The notes: a model not told the origin generated them from the sequence alone. A stretch of DNA of 35,268 nt from Candidatus Micrarchaeota archaeon (GCA_016207165.1 JACQQD010000007.1:1-35268), one strand, 5' to 3'. Positions 16,882 through 25,220 are shown, counted from the first letter of the stretch. Numbers and translations are program-made.

Positions 16882-19833
16882 ATGCCGAAAGACAAATCCA
16901 TACAAAACGTCTTGGTCTTCGGCTCCGGACCCATCATCATCGGCCAGTCCGCCGAATTCGATTACTCCGGGTCCCAGGCATGCCTGGCGTTAAGAGAGGA
17001 AGGCGTGCGCGTGGTTTTAGTCAACAGCAACCCCGCCACCATCCAGACGGATTTGGACATGGCCGACGAAGTGTACTTGGAGCCGTTGACCCCGGAAATC
17101 GTGGAGAAAATCATTGAAAAAGAAAAACCGGACGCCGTACTGCCAACGCTTTCCGGCCAAACGGGTTTGAACCTGGCCGTCGCGCTCAAATCCGCGTTCA
17201 AGCAGTTCAACGTCCAAGTCATCGGCACCTCCGTTGAAACCATCGAGTTGGCCGAAGACCGCGAAAAATTCCGCGACCTCATGGTCGCGCTGGGGGAGCC
17301 CGTGCCGGAGAGCCACCGCGTCAAGACCGTCGACGAGTTGGCCGCCGCCGCGAAGAAAATCGGTTTGCCCGTCCTGCTTCGACCCGACTATTGCCTCGGC
17401 GGCGAAGGCACCGTGTTTGTCACCGACGAGAACGATTTGAGAACCAAAGGCAAGTACGCGCTTCAGATGTCCGGCACGCACCAAGTGCTCGTCGAAAAAA
17501 GCGTGTTCGGCAAAGCCGAATTGGAGTATGAAGTCATTCGGGACGGAAACGACAATTGCATCACCATCTGCTCCATGGAGAACCTGGACCCCGTTGGAGT
17601 CCACACCGGCGAGAGCATCGTGGTGGCTCCGGCGCAAACGCTGTCGGACGACGACCACCAGAAACTCCGCTCTTCCGCCATCCGCATCGTGCGCGCCTTG
17701 GCCGTCAAGGGCGCGTGCAACATCCAGTTCGCGTTGGACCAAGAGACCGGCGGATACTGGGTCATTGAAGTCAACCCCCGCGCGTCCCGGTCTTCCGCTC
17801 TGGCATCCAAAGCCACCGGGTACCCCATTGCGCGGGTCGCCGCCAAAATCGCGTTGGGTTACACGCTCACGGAAATCCAGAACAAAATCACGGGCAAGAC
17901 CGCGGCCTTTGAGCCCGCCCTGGATTACGTCGTGCTCAAGATTCCCCGTTGGCCCTTTGACAAGTTCGGGTTAAACGAACTTATTGGCACGTCCATGAAG
18001 TCCACCGGCGAGACCATGGCCATCGGGAAAACGTTCGAGGAATCCGTGTGCAAGGCCGTGCGGTCCCTGGATTTGAAGGGCACCGACGTGTTAAGCAACG
18101 CGTCGTACGACGCCACGGAAAAGAGGTTGTTCCACCTCATCGAGCGCCTCAAAACGGAACGCGTCGAACACGTGGCCGAGGCCACGAAAATCAACGCGTG
18201 GTTCCTGCACAAACTGAAAAACCTCTCCGCCACCAAGACGGGCCTCGTCGACTTTGCCGCATTGCAGGAAAGAAAACCCGTGTTCAACATGGTGGACACG
18301 TGCGCCGGCGAATTTGCGGCAAAGACGCCGTACTATTACTCGACTTTGTTTGCCGACCACGACGAAGCCGTGGCCTCGGCCAAAAAGAAAATCGTGATTT
18401 TAGGCGGCGGCCCCATACGCATCGGCCAAGGCATCGAGTTTGACTACTGCACCGTAAAAGCCATCCAGGCGCTTCGCGAAGCCGGGTTTGAGACCATCGT
18501 GGTGAACAACAATCCGGAAACCGTGTCCACCGATTTTGACGTTTCCGACAAGCTCTATTTCGAGCCGCTGACCGTCAAAGACGTGCACCGCATCATCCAA
18601 ACGGAAAAGCCTGACGGCGTTCTGGTGCAGTTTGGCGGCCAAACCGCGCTCAACCTCGCCGAACCCCTGGCGGCGCTGGGAGTAAACGTGTTGGGCACCA
18701 CCGTTGAAAACTTGAATCGAGCCGGAGACCGAAAGCAGTTCAAGGAACTCATGACTCGTTTAGCCATTCCAACAGTCAAAAGCGCGGTGGCCCGCTCCCA
18801 AACGGAAGCCTTGGACGTCTCCAAGACCCTTTCTTTTCCGCTGTTGTTGCGCCCCTCCTTTGTCCTGGGCGGACGCGCCATGTTCGTGGTGCACAACCTC
18901 AAACAACTGGAGCACCGAATCGAGGAATCGCTTCTGATTTCCGAAGGCAAGCCCGTCATCATGGACGAATTCCTCGAAGGAGCCGTGGAATTGGATGTCG
19001 ACTGCCTGGGCGACGGGAAAAATTGCCTGGTCGCCGGCGTCATGGAGCAAGTAGAGGAAACCGGCATCCACTCCGGCGACTCCGCCTGCGTGCTCCCGGC
19101 GCAAACCCTGTCCAAGAACGTGTTGGAACGCGTCAACCTATTCGCAAAACGCATTGTCACCACCCTGGAAATCAAGGGGTTCTGCAACATCCAGATGGCC
19201 GTCAAGGACAACGAGATTTACGTCATCGAAGTCAACCCCCGCGCCAGCCGAACCATTCCCTTTGTCTCCAAAGCCACCGGATTGCCTCTAGCCAAAATGG
19301 CCGCCCTCATTCAAGCCGGGGAACTCACCTTGGACCGCGTGCCGGAACCTAAAACCCGGCTGGTGGCCGTCAAGGCGCCCGTGTTTCCCTTCAAACGCTT
19401 CCCCTTGGTTGACCCTCTTCTAAACGCGGAAATGAAGTCCACGGGCGAAACCATGGGTTTCGGCAAAACGTTTGCCGAAGCCTATTTGAAGGCCTTGCAC
19501 GCCGCCGGCCAGCGGTTCGGGAAAAACGTGTTCGTCGACCAAGACAAAAAGCATGCCGCCCGCATGAAGTCGGCGTTCAAGGACGCCGGCCTGACGGTAA
19601 CCAACACGCTGGAAGAAGCGGACTTCGCCGTGAGCACCGAGGAAGGCCAAGAAAACGCCTCCCTTCGAAGGCAATGCATTGCCGAAGGAAAGACCTGCGT
19701 CACCAGCTTGTTTGCCGCCCTGCGCTTGGCGGAGGCCATCAAGTCCGCACCCCATTTTGAATTGGTTGCGTTGTCCAAGGTCCACGACGCCCAGCCTACC
19801 CAAACCCGAACTTACAGCAAGACCGGCGAATAA
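16882..19833 (+). CDS. carB: Carbamoyl-phosphate synthase large subunit
   Basis: GSGPIIIGQSAEFDYSG, two ATP-grasp halves (IEVNPRASR twice), MKSTGE motifs. Confidence 0.97.
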   Translation: MPKDKSIQNVLVFGSGPIIIGQSAEFDYSGSQACLALREEGVRVVLVNSNPATIQTDLDMADEVYLEPLTPEIVEKIIEKEKPDAVLPTLSGQTGLNLAVALKSAFKQFNVQVIGTSVETIELAEDREKFRDLMVALGEPVPESHRVKTVDELAAAAKKIGLPVLLRPDYCLGGEGTVFVTDENDLRTKGKYALQMSGTHQVLVEKSVFGKAELEYEVIRDGNDNCITICSMENLDPVGVHTGESIVVAPAQTLSDDDHQKLRSSAIRIVRALAVKGACNIQFALDQETGGYWVIEVNPRASRSSALASKATGYPIARVAAKIALGYTLTEIQNKITGKTAAFEPALDYVVLKIPRWPFDKFGLNELIGTSMKSTGETMAIGKTFEESVCKAVRSLDLKGTDVLSNASYDATEKRLFHLIERLKTERVEHVAEATKINAWFLHKLKNLSATKTGLVDFAALQERKPVFNMVDTCAGEFAAKTPYYYSTLFADHDEAVASAKKKIVILGGGPIRIGQGIEFDYCTVKAIQALREAGFETIVVNNNPETVSTDFDVSDKLYFEPLTVKDVHRIIQTEKPDGVLVQFGGQTALNLAEPLAALGVNVLGTTVENLNRAGDRKQFKELMTRLAIPTVKSAVARSQTEALDVSKTLSFPLLLRPSFVLGGRAMFVVHNLKQLEHRIEESLLISEGKPVIMDEFLEGAVELDVDCLGDGKNCLVAGVMEQVEETGIHSGDSACVLPAQTLSKNVLERVNLFAKRIVTTLEIKGFCNIQMAVKDNEIYVIEVNPRASRTIPFVSKATGLPLAKMAALIQAGELTLDRVPEPKTRLVAVKAPVFPFKRFPLVDPLLNAEMKSTGETMGFGKTFAEAYLKALHAAGQRFGKNVFVDQDKKHAARMKSAFKDAGLTVTNTLEEADFAVSTEEGQENASLRRQCIAEGKTCVTSLFAALRLAEAIKSAPHFELVALSKVHDAQPTQTRTYSKTGE

Positions 19834-19906
19834 CACGACGAAATAGGCCGGTCTTGCTGTCTAGCAAGCCAAGAAAGTAGTCGGGAAACTTTCTTGGCTT
19901 GCTATA
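19813..19906. repeat. Paired palindromic repeat element, copy 2 (short form)
   Basis: TA + CAGCAAGACCGGC-19nt-GCCGGTCTTGCTG + TC + TAGCAAGCCAAGAAAGT-9nt-ACTTTCTTGGCTTGCTA + TA. Confidence 0.9.
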
Positions 19907-19982
19907 AGGCCTCCACGAATGCCTTAAAGAACCCGGATGGCCCCAATTATTTTTCAAACGATTACGTTGAGGCCGGTTTGCC

Positions 19983-21131
19983 ATGATGAAGCGAAAATTC
20001 CTTGAAAAAGCGAAAAGCGACGTCAAACAATCCTACGACCGCGACGCGTACCTCATCCAAGCCGTCCGCGCCCTGGATGACTTGGATGAAACCAAGTCGC
20101 TTTTGTTCCAACGCCTGGACGAATGGTTCAAAATCCATTTCCCGGAAGCCCGGCTTGACAACGAGGAATCCTTCGTTTTTCTCATCCAACACATCGGAAA
20201 ACCAGACGCCTTTGAAAAATTGGCGCAACGCGTCGGCGACGAAAAAGCCTCGGAACTGAAAGCCAAAAAACAAAAAAGTTTCGGCGCGAAACTCGAGAAA
20301 GACGACGAAGACGCTCTGAATGCGTTTTCCTCGAGTTATCTGGCCCTCCACGAGAACCGCAAGAAACTCGAGCAATACATTGATGTTCTTTCCCAAACCG
20401 TCATGCCCAATGCCAGGGCGATGGTGGGCGCACTGGTTTCCGCCCGCCTGCTGTCCATCGCCGGTTCCCTTGAGCGACTGGCCACGTTTCCCGCGTCTAC
20501 CCTGCAAGTGCTTGGCGCCGAGAAAGCCTTGTTCAAGCACCTCCGCCGCGGGTCGCTTCCACCCAAGCACGGCGTTTTATTCCAAGTGCCGGTAGTCAAC
20601 AGCCAGCCACTTGACAAGCGCGGCAAAGCCGCGCGCGCCTTGGCCGGAAAACTGGCCATCGCCTTGAAAGCCGACTACTACTCCAAGAAAGACATTTCCG
20701 CCAAACTCTTGGAAGACTTGAACAAACGCCTCGTGCAAATCGACGCGTTGCCTCACCGCGACGTCAAACCCTTGACTCGCGACGACTTCCGTGAACCACT
20801 CCGGCGCTTTGGCGGAGGCGGCGGATTCCGTGACCGGCCTCCCCGCGATCGGCCCTTTCAAAAACCCTTTCGGCGCGAAGGCGGTTTTGAGCGAAGGGAA
20901 GGCGCCCGCCCATTCCGACGCGAAGGCGGCTTTGACCGAAGCGGCGCATCCAGCGGAAGACCGTTCCGGAAACCCTTTGGCTCGCGCCCATCCGGCGACC
21001 GGCCCCGCGGAGACTCGTCCGGCGGCAGGCCTTTCCGCAAGTCTTTCGGGGACCGCCCAAGCGGCGACCGACCCATGGGCGGCAAGCCCTTCCGCAAACC
21101 CTTCAAGAAGCGCCGCAACGACTACAACTAG
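19983..21131 (+). CDS. nop5: Nop5 (Nop56/58) C/D box sRNP protein with a low-complexity C-terminal tail
   Basis: IQAVRALDDLD, EWFKIHFPE, PASTLQVLGAEKALF, PKHGVLF, RGKAARALAGK; adjacent to fibrillarin. Confidence 0.93.
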   Translation: MMKRKFLEKAKSDVKQSYDRDAYLIQAVRALDDLDETKSLLFQRLDEWFKIHFPEARLDNEESFVFLIQHIGKPDAFEKLAQRVGDEKASELKAKKQKSFGAKLEKDDEDALNAFSSSYLALHENRKKLEQYIDVLSQTVMPNARAMVGALVSARLLSIAGSLERLATFPASTLQVLGAEKALFKHLRRGSLPPKHGVLFQVPVVNSQPLDKRGKAARALAGKLAIALKADYYSKKDISAKLLEDLNKRLVQIDALPHRDVKPLTRDDFREPLRRFGGGGGFRDRPPRDRPFQKPFRREGGFERREGARPFRREGGFDRSGASSGRPFRKPFGSRPSGDRPRGDSSGGRPFRKSFGDRPSGDRPMGGKPFRKPFKKRRNDYN

Positions 21132-21146
21132 TTTCTGCGTGTCGCC

Positions 21147-21803
21147 ATGAAACCGGTTTTTCCAGGCGTGTATGAATCCCGTGGGCAACTTTTCACGCAA
21201 AGCCGACTTGAAGGCTTCAAAGTCCACGGCGAAGCCGTCATCCACCGAGGCGGCATGGCGTACCGCCACTTCAACCCCAACCACTCCAAGCTGGCCGCCG
21301 CAATAGCCAACGGCTTAAAGACTTTTCCGTTCACCCCCGGCTCCAAAACCCTGTATTTGGGTGCGGCCCAAGGAGTCACCGTCTCGTTTCTGTCGGACAT
21401 CGTCGGAAGCCAAGGCGAAATCTACGCCGTGGAAATCTCGAAACGCGCCATGCGCGACCTGATTTTCGTCTGCGAAAAACGCGACAACATCCTGCCCATT
21501 TTGGCGGATGCATCCAAACCCGATGAATACGCCGGCGACGTGGGGCAAGTCGACGTCGTTTTTGAGGACGTGGCCGCCAAAAACCAAGCCGAGATTTTGT
21601 TGGCCAACGCCGACGCGTGCCTAAAGCCAGGCGGCTTTGCCCTCATCGCCATCAAAAGCCAGAGCATCGATTCGGCGGCGGACCCCGAAAAAATCTTCCA
21701 CCAAACCATCACGAAAATCGCGCGGCACCTCCAGCACGCGCAGACGATTTCCCTGGAGCCCTTCGAAAAAGACCACGTTTTGGCCGTGTTTCAAAAGAGT
21801 TAA
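21147..21803 (+). CDS. flpA: Fibrillarin-like rRNA/tRNA 2'-O-methyltransferase
   Basis: SKLAAAI, LYLGAAQGVTVSFLSD, NILPILADA, LEPFEKDH. Confidence 0.95.
   Translation: MKPVFPGVYESRGQLFTQSRLEGFKVHGEAVIHRGGMAYRHFNPNHSKLAAAIANGLKTFPFTPGSKTLYLGAAQGVTVSFLSDIVGSQGEIYAVEISKRAMRDLIFVCEKRDNILPILADASKPDEYAGDVGQVDVVFEDVAAKNQAEILLANADACLKPGGFALIAIKSQSIDSAADPEKIFHQTITKIARHLQHAQTISLEPFEKDHVLAVFQKS
21763..21803 (+). repeat. 41-bp direct repeat, left copy (3' end of flpA)
   Basis: TCGAAAAAGACCACGTTTTGGCCGTGTTTCAAAAGAGTTAA; 39/41 identical to 22346-22386. Confidence 0.9.
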
Positions 21804-21837
21804 ATGCGCGAAAAAGCATGCTTCACATGTAACGGAT

Positions 21838-22044
21838 ATGACGAGATACACGGTCATTGTTGAAAAAGACGAGGACGGATGGTTGGTCTCAGAAGTCGTA
21901 GGCCTTCCCGGTTGCCACACGCAAGCCAAGACCATGGACGAATTGTTGACGCGCACCAAAGAAGCCATCCAAGGGTATTTGGAAGCCGTCCAGGAAAAAG
22001 CGCCCTCCGAATCCTTTGTCGGCGTCCAATTGCTTGACGTGTAG
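21838..22044 (+). CDS. hicB: HicB-family antitoxin (short form)
   Basis: YTVIVEKDEDG...LPGCHTQAKTMDEL...EAIQGYLE; ATG at 21838. Confidence 0.9.
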   Translation: MTRYTVIVEKDEDGWLVSEVVGLPGCHTQAKTMDELLTRTKEAIQGYLEAVQEKAPSESFVGVQLLDV

Positions 22045-22077
22045 CCTCTTCTATGTCTTGCTGACTGAAGTGATCGT

Positions 22078-22311
22078 ATGGCTAAGTTGCGTCTTCTGAC
22101 TGGCAACGAAGTTGCACGGATCGTCGAAAAACTGGGTTTCGTTTTCCATCATCAACGCGGAAGCCACCTGGTTTACAAGCACTCCGACGGGCGCGTTACG
22201 ACCATTCCCAGCCACTCCGGTGAAAAAATCGGGCCCGGTTTGTTGCTTAAAATCATCAAGAAAGACTTGGGTTTGACTCGGAAAGAATTTGAGAAACTGT
22301 CCGGCGAGTGA
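22078..22311 (+). CDS. hicA: HicA-family mRNA interferase toxin
   Basis: LGFVFHHQRGSHLVYKH...TTIPSH...GLLLKIIK. Confidence 0.92.
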   Translation: MAKLRLLTGNEVARIVEKLGFVFHHQRGSHLVYKHSDGRVTTIPSHSGEKIGPGLLLKIIKKDLGLTRKEFEKLSGE

Positions 22312-22345
22312 ACGGTGCCTGTTTGGCCATCCAACGTGAAGTCCC

Positions 22346-22386
22346 TCGAAAAAGACCACGTGCTGGCCGTGTTTCAAAAGAGTTAA
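22346..22386 (+). repeat. 41-bp direct repeat, right copy (duplicate of the flpA 3' end)
   Basis: TCGAAAAAGACCACGTGCTGGCCGTGTTTCAAAAGAGTTAA. Confidence 0.9.
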
Positions 22387-22457
22387 CTCTTGCGCAGTGT
22401 TCCGCTAGCCTACCCGTTTATTATATCGCCCAAGCGCATACCTTTCTGGTTTCCTTT

Positions 22458-23735
22458 ATGAGCCATTTTTCGAGTCTGCAGCTGCTGGCCCAGAGTCGAG
22501 ACACAGGCCACGAACTGATTCGAGGGGTTTTTGGACTCCGAAGCAGTGAGCAATTGCGTACAATGCGTGTTGGCGCCGCGTATCCTCAAGCCCTTCCTCG
22601 CCAGCGAGAAGTATTGAAGAGGGCTTTCTTGGATCATCTCATCGAAGTAGGGCTTGTTGATCCCGAAAATGTCAAGCGCGTGGTTTTGTTCAGGCGTGCG
22701 CCCGCGCGGAAAGTTCGCGTGGATGAGTATCAGGACGAGGATAAATTGTGGGATTACGATAACCGGAAACGCATTGTGGTGGACAGCCGTGATTTTGGAG
22801 TTGAATTTAAAGACGGAAGCAAAGAGCGGCTTACCGTTGACGTTCTTCATACCGCCGGAGATGCCGCGTTTCGTGCGTTCGTTGAGGCCCCGGAAGGCCG
22901 AAGGCCTGAAATTCACGAGAGAACCATTGAGCAAGTAGCCAATCATGTTGGAATTGACTGGGCGGATTCGGAAGTCGATGCATGGCGAAGAATCCACGCG
23001 GCCCGTTCAACTACGGGCAAGTCGGATCCGCGCTCGAATTGGATGATTGATGTGGCGATGAGCGCCCCGGAATTCTTGGTGGTTCGTCGAACCAGTCAAA
23101 GAAAACCATTGTCAAGCGGCTTTTACCCGAAAACCGAACCATTGAGCGACACCATGAGTTCTTGGAACTTGTTGGAGCGTGCGCGGGATCATGCCGAGCG
23201 TTGGCGTTTGATTCCCGGTGCCCAACCTAAGCGTTCAGCTCCGCAACCAAGAAGTCTGCCTAAAAAACTAGATTTAGGCGGGTTGGAAGACTCTTTGAAT
23301 CATAAGTTAAGCAAAACAGAAATCACAGAACTGGAGGAGGAAATGTCGGCCTTGGGCCACGATTGGTCTAATGTTGAAGACAAGCTTGAGGACGACGGCC
23401 ACCGAATTGAATTTGTAGGCCAACCCATTCTTGCGATTCGACAATATACTAACGGGAAAGAAATCCCCGAAGTTCCGATGGACCGGAAAATGCGTGAATT
23501 ATGGCCTCGCATGTCGGCTAAAGAACGATGGGAACATCACATTGGTATTCAAGAGCACTCCGCCAAAGGGCATCCTGAAATCCGTCCGGTGATAATGTCA
23601 CAAATCCGGCAAGCGCTACAAAACTGGGAAGAACAGCACGGGGGTACGCATGAGGCCACCATCGAAAAGTTTGAGCACGGTGATTGGTCCAGGGCCTACC
23701 ATTTGACTGTCAAAGTAAAGCGAAAGAAAAAGTAG
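22458..23735 (+). CDS. Hypothetical charged protein
   Basis: Long ORF; ATG at 22458 preferred (TTATTATA upstream); visibly more A/T-ending codons than core genes. Confidence 0.7.
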   Translation: MSHFSSLQLLAQSRDTGHELIRGVFGLRSSEQLRTMRVGAAYPQALPRQREVLKRAFLDHLIEVGLVDPENVKRVVLFRRAPARKVRVDEYQDEDKLWDYDNRKRIVVDSRDFGVEFKDGSKERLTVDVLHTAGDAAFRAFVEAPEGRRPEIHERTIEQVANHVGIDWADSEVDAWRRIHAARSTTGKSDPRSNWMIDVAMSAPEFLVVRRTSQRKPLSSGFYPKTEPLSDTMSSWNLLERARDHAERWRLIPGAQPKRSAPQPRSLPKKLDLGGLEDSLNHKLSKTEITELEEEMSALGHDWSNVEDKLEDDGHRIEFVGQPILAIRQYTNGKEIPEVPMDRKMRELWPRMSAKERWEHHIGIQEHSAKGHPEIRPVIMSQIRQALQNWEEQHGGTHEATIEKFEHGDWSRAYHLTVKVKRKKK

Positions 23736-23784
23736 TTCGGACCAAACGCAGGCCACGCGGCTTCCAACACAATCTAGGCCGAGT

Positions 23785-24783
23785 TCATGCCGTCGTCTGG
23801 TTTCCGCAGAGTTCGGAGTGCAATTGGCAAATGGCTTGCTTGAGTTTGTCGGATTCCCGGACGCTGGTGGTGTACTGGCAGTCCACCACGAACAAAGGCG
23901 CGCCGTACACGCCGTACCGGTCCGCGGTCTTCTCGTTCTCGTCAAACGCGTCCGCTCCGACTTCTTCAATGCAGAGCGCTTCGTCGGATTTCGACACGTT
24001 CAGAACGTCGCGGTTTTCCTCCAGCGAATGAATGGCCACGCAACGTTGCCTCAAGTCCAGTTTCGCGCCGAATTCCGCGGACGCGTTTTTTGCGGCATCG
24101 CCGCTGAGCACCGAGAACCGAGCGTCAAGGGATGCGTTGTTGTACTGCGTGCCGTTGTCGTAAAAAACCGGCCGACAGAAGGCGCACGTCGGCGAATAGA
24201 ATTCCTCCAACTTTACTTCGCCTTCCACCGAACAGCTGGGCGTGGAAATGATTTGGCCGGTCAACGGCGGAAACGCGTACACGCCTTGCGCGGTTTCCTG
24301 CAGCGAGAATCGTATGCTCACCAACGAATTCATGAACTCCACGAGCCGCGGGTTGACCGCCAAGTCCGACGACGAAGAAAAGAACGTGGGCACGTGCTTG
24401 ACGCCGGCCGCCAAAGCCGGGTTGGCGTTGTCCTTGACGTCGACCAACTCCAAGCCGATGCGTTGCTCTAAAAGCGCTTGCCGGGTCTGGTCGATGTTGG
24501 AAAGAAGGGCGGCGTTGTCGCACAAGACGCAATCCGAGTCGTAAAACAGGACGACTTTGCCAGTCACTTGGGAAGCGGAAAGCTGGGATTCAACGGCCTG
24601 CAATCGTTGTTGTTGGTTGACCAGCAACGAGTTGGCTTCCTGGACTTGGGTTTGCAGGGTGGCCACCTGGTTTTTCAAGCCGTTGACCTGCGAAAACGTG
24701 TAGAACGCCGATCCAAGGACCACGAGCAAAATGACTGCCAAGGACGCGTACAAAACGAGCTGTTGGTTTGCCATGAAACCCAT
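23785..24783 (-). CDS. Membrane-anchored protein with a coiled coil and two thioredoxin-like CxxC domains
   Basis: N-terminal TM, Q-rich coil, FYDSDCVLC...GVKHVPTF and FYSPTCAFC...YGVYGAPLF; start may be 24774. Confidence 0.8.
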   Translation of the reverse strand: MGFMANQQLVLYASLAVILLVVLGSAFYTFSQVNGLKNQVATLQTQVQEANSLLVNQQQRLQAVESQLSASQVTGKVVLFYDSDCVLCDNAALLSNIDQTRQALLEQRIGLELVDVKDNANPALAAGVKHVPTFFSSSSDLAVNPRLVEFMNSLVSIRFSLQETAQGVYAFPPLTGQIISTPSCSVEGEVKLEEFYSPTCAFCRPVFYDNGTQYNNASLDARFSVLSGDAAKNASAEFGAKLDLRQRCVAIHSLEENRDVLNVSKSDEALCIEEVGADAFDENEKTADRYGVYGAPLFVVDCQYTTSVRESDKLKQAICQLHSELCGNQTTA

Positions 24784-24911
24784 CTCCCTCCAAAAAAAGT
24801 CCGATTCCTACTTTTTGGCGCCACCTCGGTATTTAACCGTTCGCCAAACCACGCGACGACGCCTTTAAATACCATTTAGGCCTTTTGCTTGCTTGAGGAG
24901 GCAACGTCGTT

Positions 24912-25022
24912 ATGGCCAAATGGAAGTGCGGAGTTTGCGGCTACATTCATGAAGGCGACGAGCCGCCGGAACAATGCCCCGTGTGCGGCTCTCCCAAAGA
25001 ACAGTTCAGCAAAATCCAGTGA
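24912..25022 (+). CDS. Rubredoxin-like small metal-binding protein (36 aa; not in ORF track)
   Basis: MAKWKCGVCGYIHEGDEPPEQCPVCGSPKEQFSKIQ; SD GAGGAGG and TTTAAATA upstream. Confidence 0.9.
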   Translation: MAKWKCGVCGYIHEGDEPPEQCPVCGSPKEQFSKIQ

Positions 25023-25042
25023 AGCGGCCACGGGCCAGCAGC

Positions 25043-25048
25043 TTTAAA
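25043..25048 (+). promoter_or_regulatory. Putative TATA box of the tRNA gene
   Basis: TTTAAA about 32 nt upstream of the mature tRNA 5' end. Confidence 0.5.
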
Positions 25049-25079
25049 TGCCGCATCGGCCCTTACCCTGTACGTCCAG

Positions 25080-25198
25080 AGCCCCGTCGTCTAGTGGTCA
25101 AGGATAACAGCCTCTGGAGCTGTGGACAGCGGTTCGAATTGCATCGCTTTAGGGGTTTTTGCGTCCGAAGCGGCCGCACGAACATCCGCTCGGGGCTA
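25080..25198 (+). tRNA. tRNA-Gln(CTG) with a 46-nt intron at position 59/60 (exons 25080-25138 and 25185-25198)
   Basis: Acceptor stem AGCCCCG/CGGGGCT, anticodon arm ACAGC-CTCTGGA-GCTGT, T stem AGCGG/CCGCT; the BHB motif restores T-loop TTCGAAT; CCA not encoded. Confidence 0.93.
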
Positions 25199-25220
25199 TA
25201 ACGAAAAAAGGTGAATTTTT

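Noticed and set aside
15814-16905. Long antisense ORFs opposite carA, and likewise opposite cdc6, pyrB, pyrD and pyrK
   Set aside because: Expected from GC-rich codon bias; no recognisable motifs and they fully overlap well-supported genes
24974-25201. 75-aa ORF and other ORFs overlapping the tRNA
   Set aside because: The region is explained by the rubredoxin-like gene and the intron-containing tRNA-Gln
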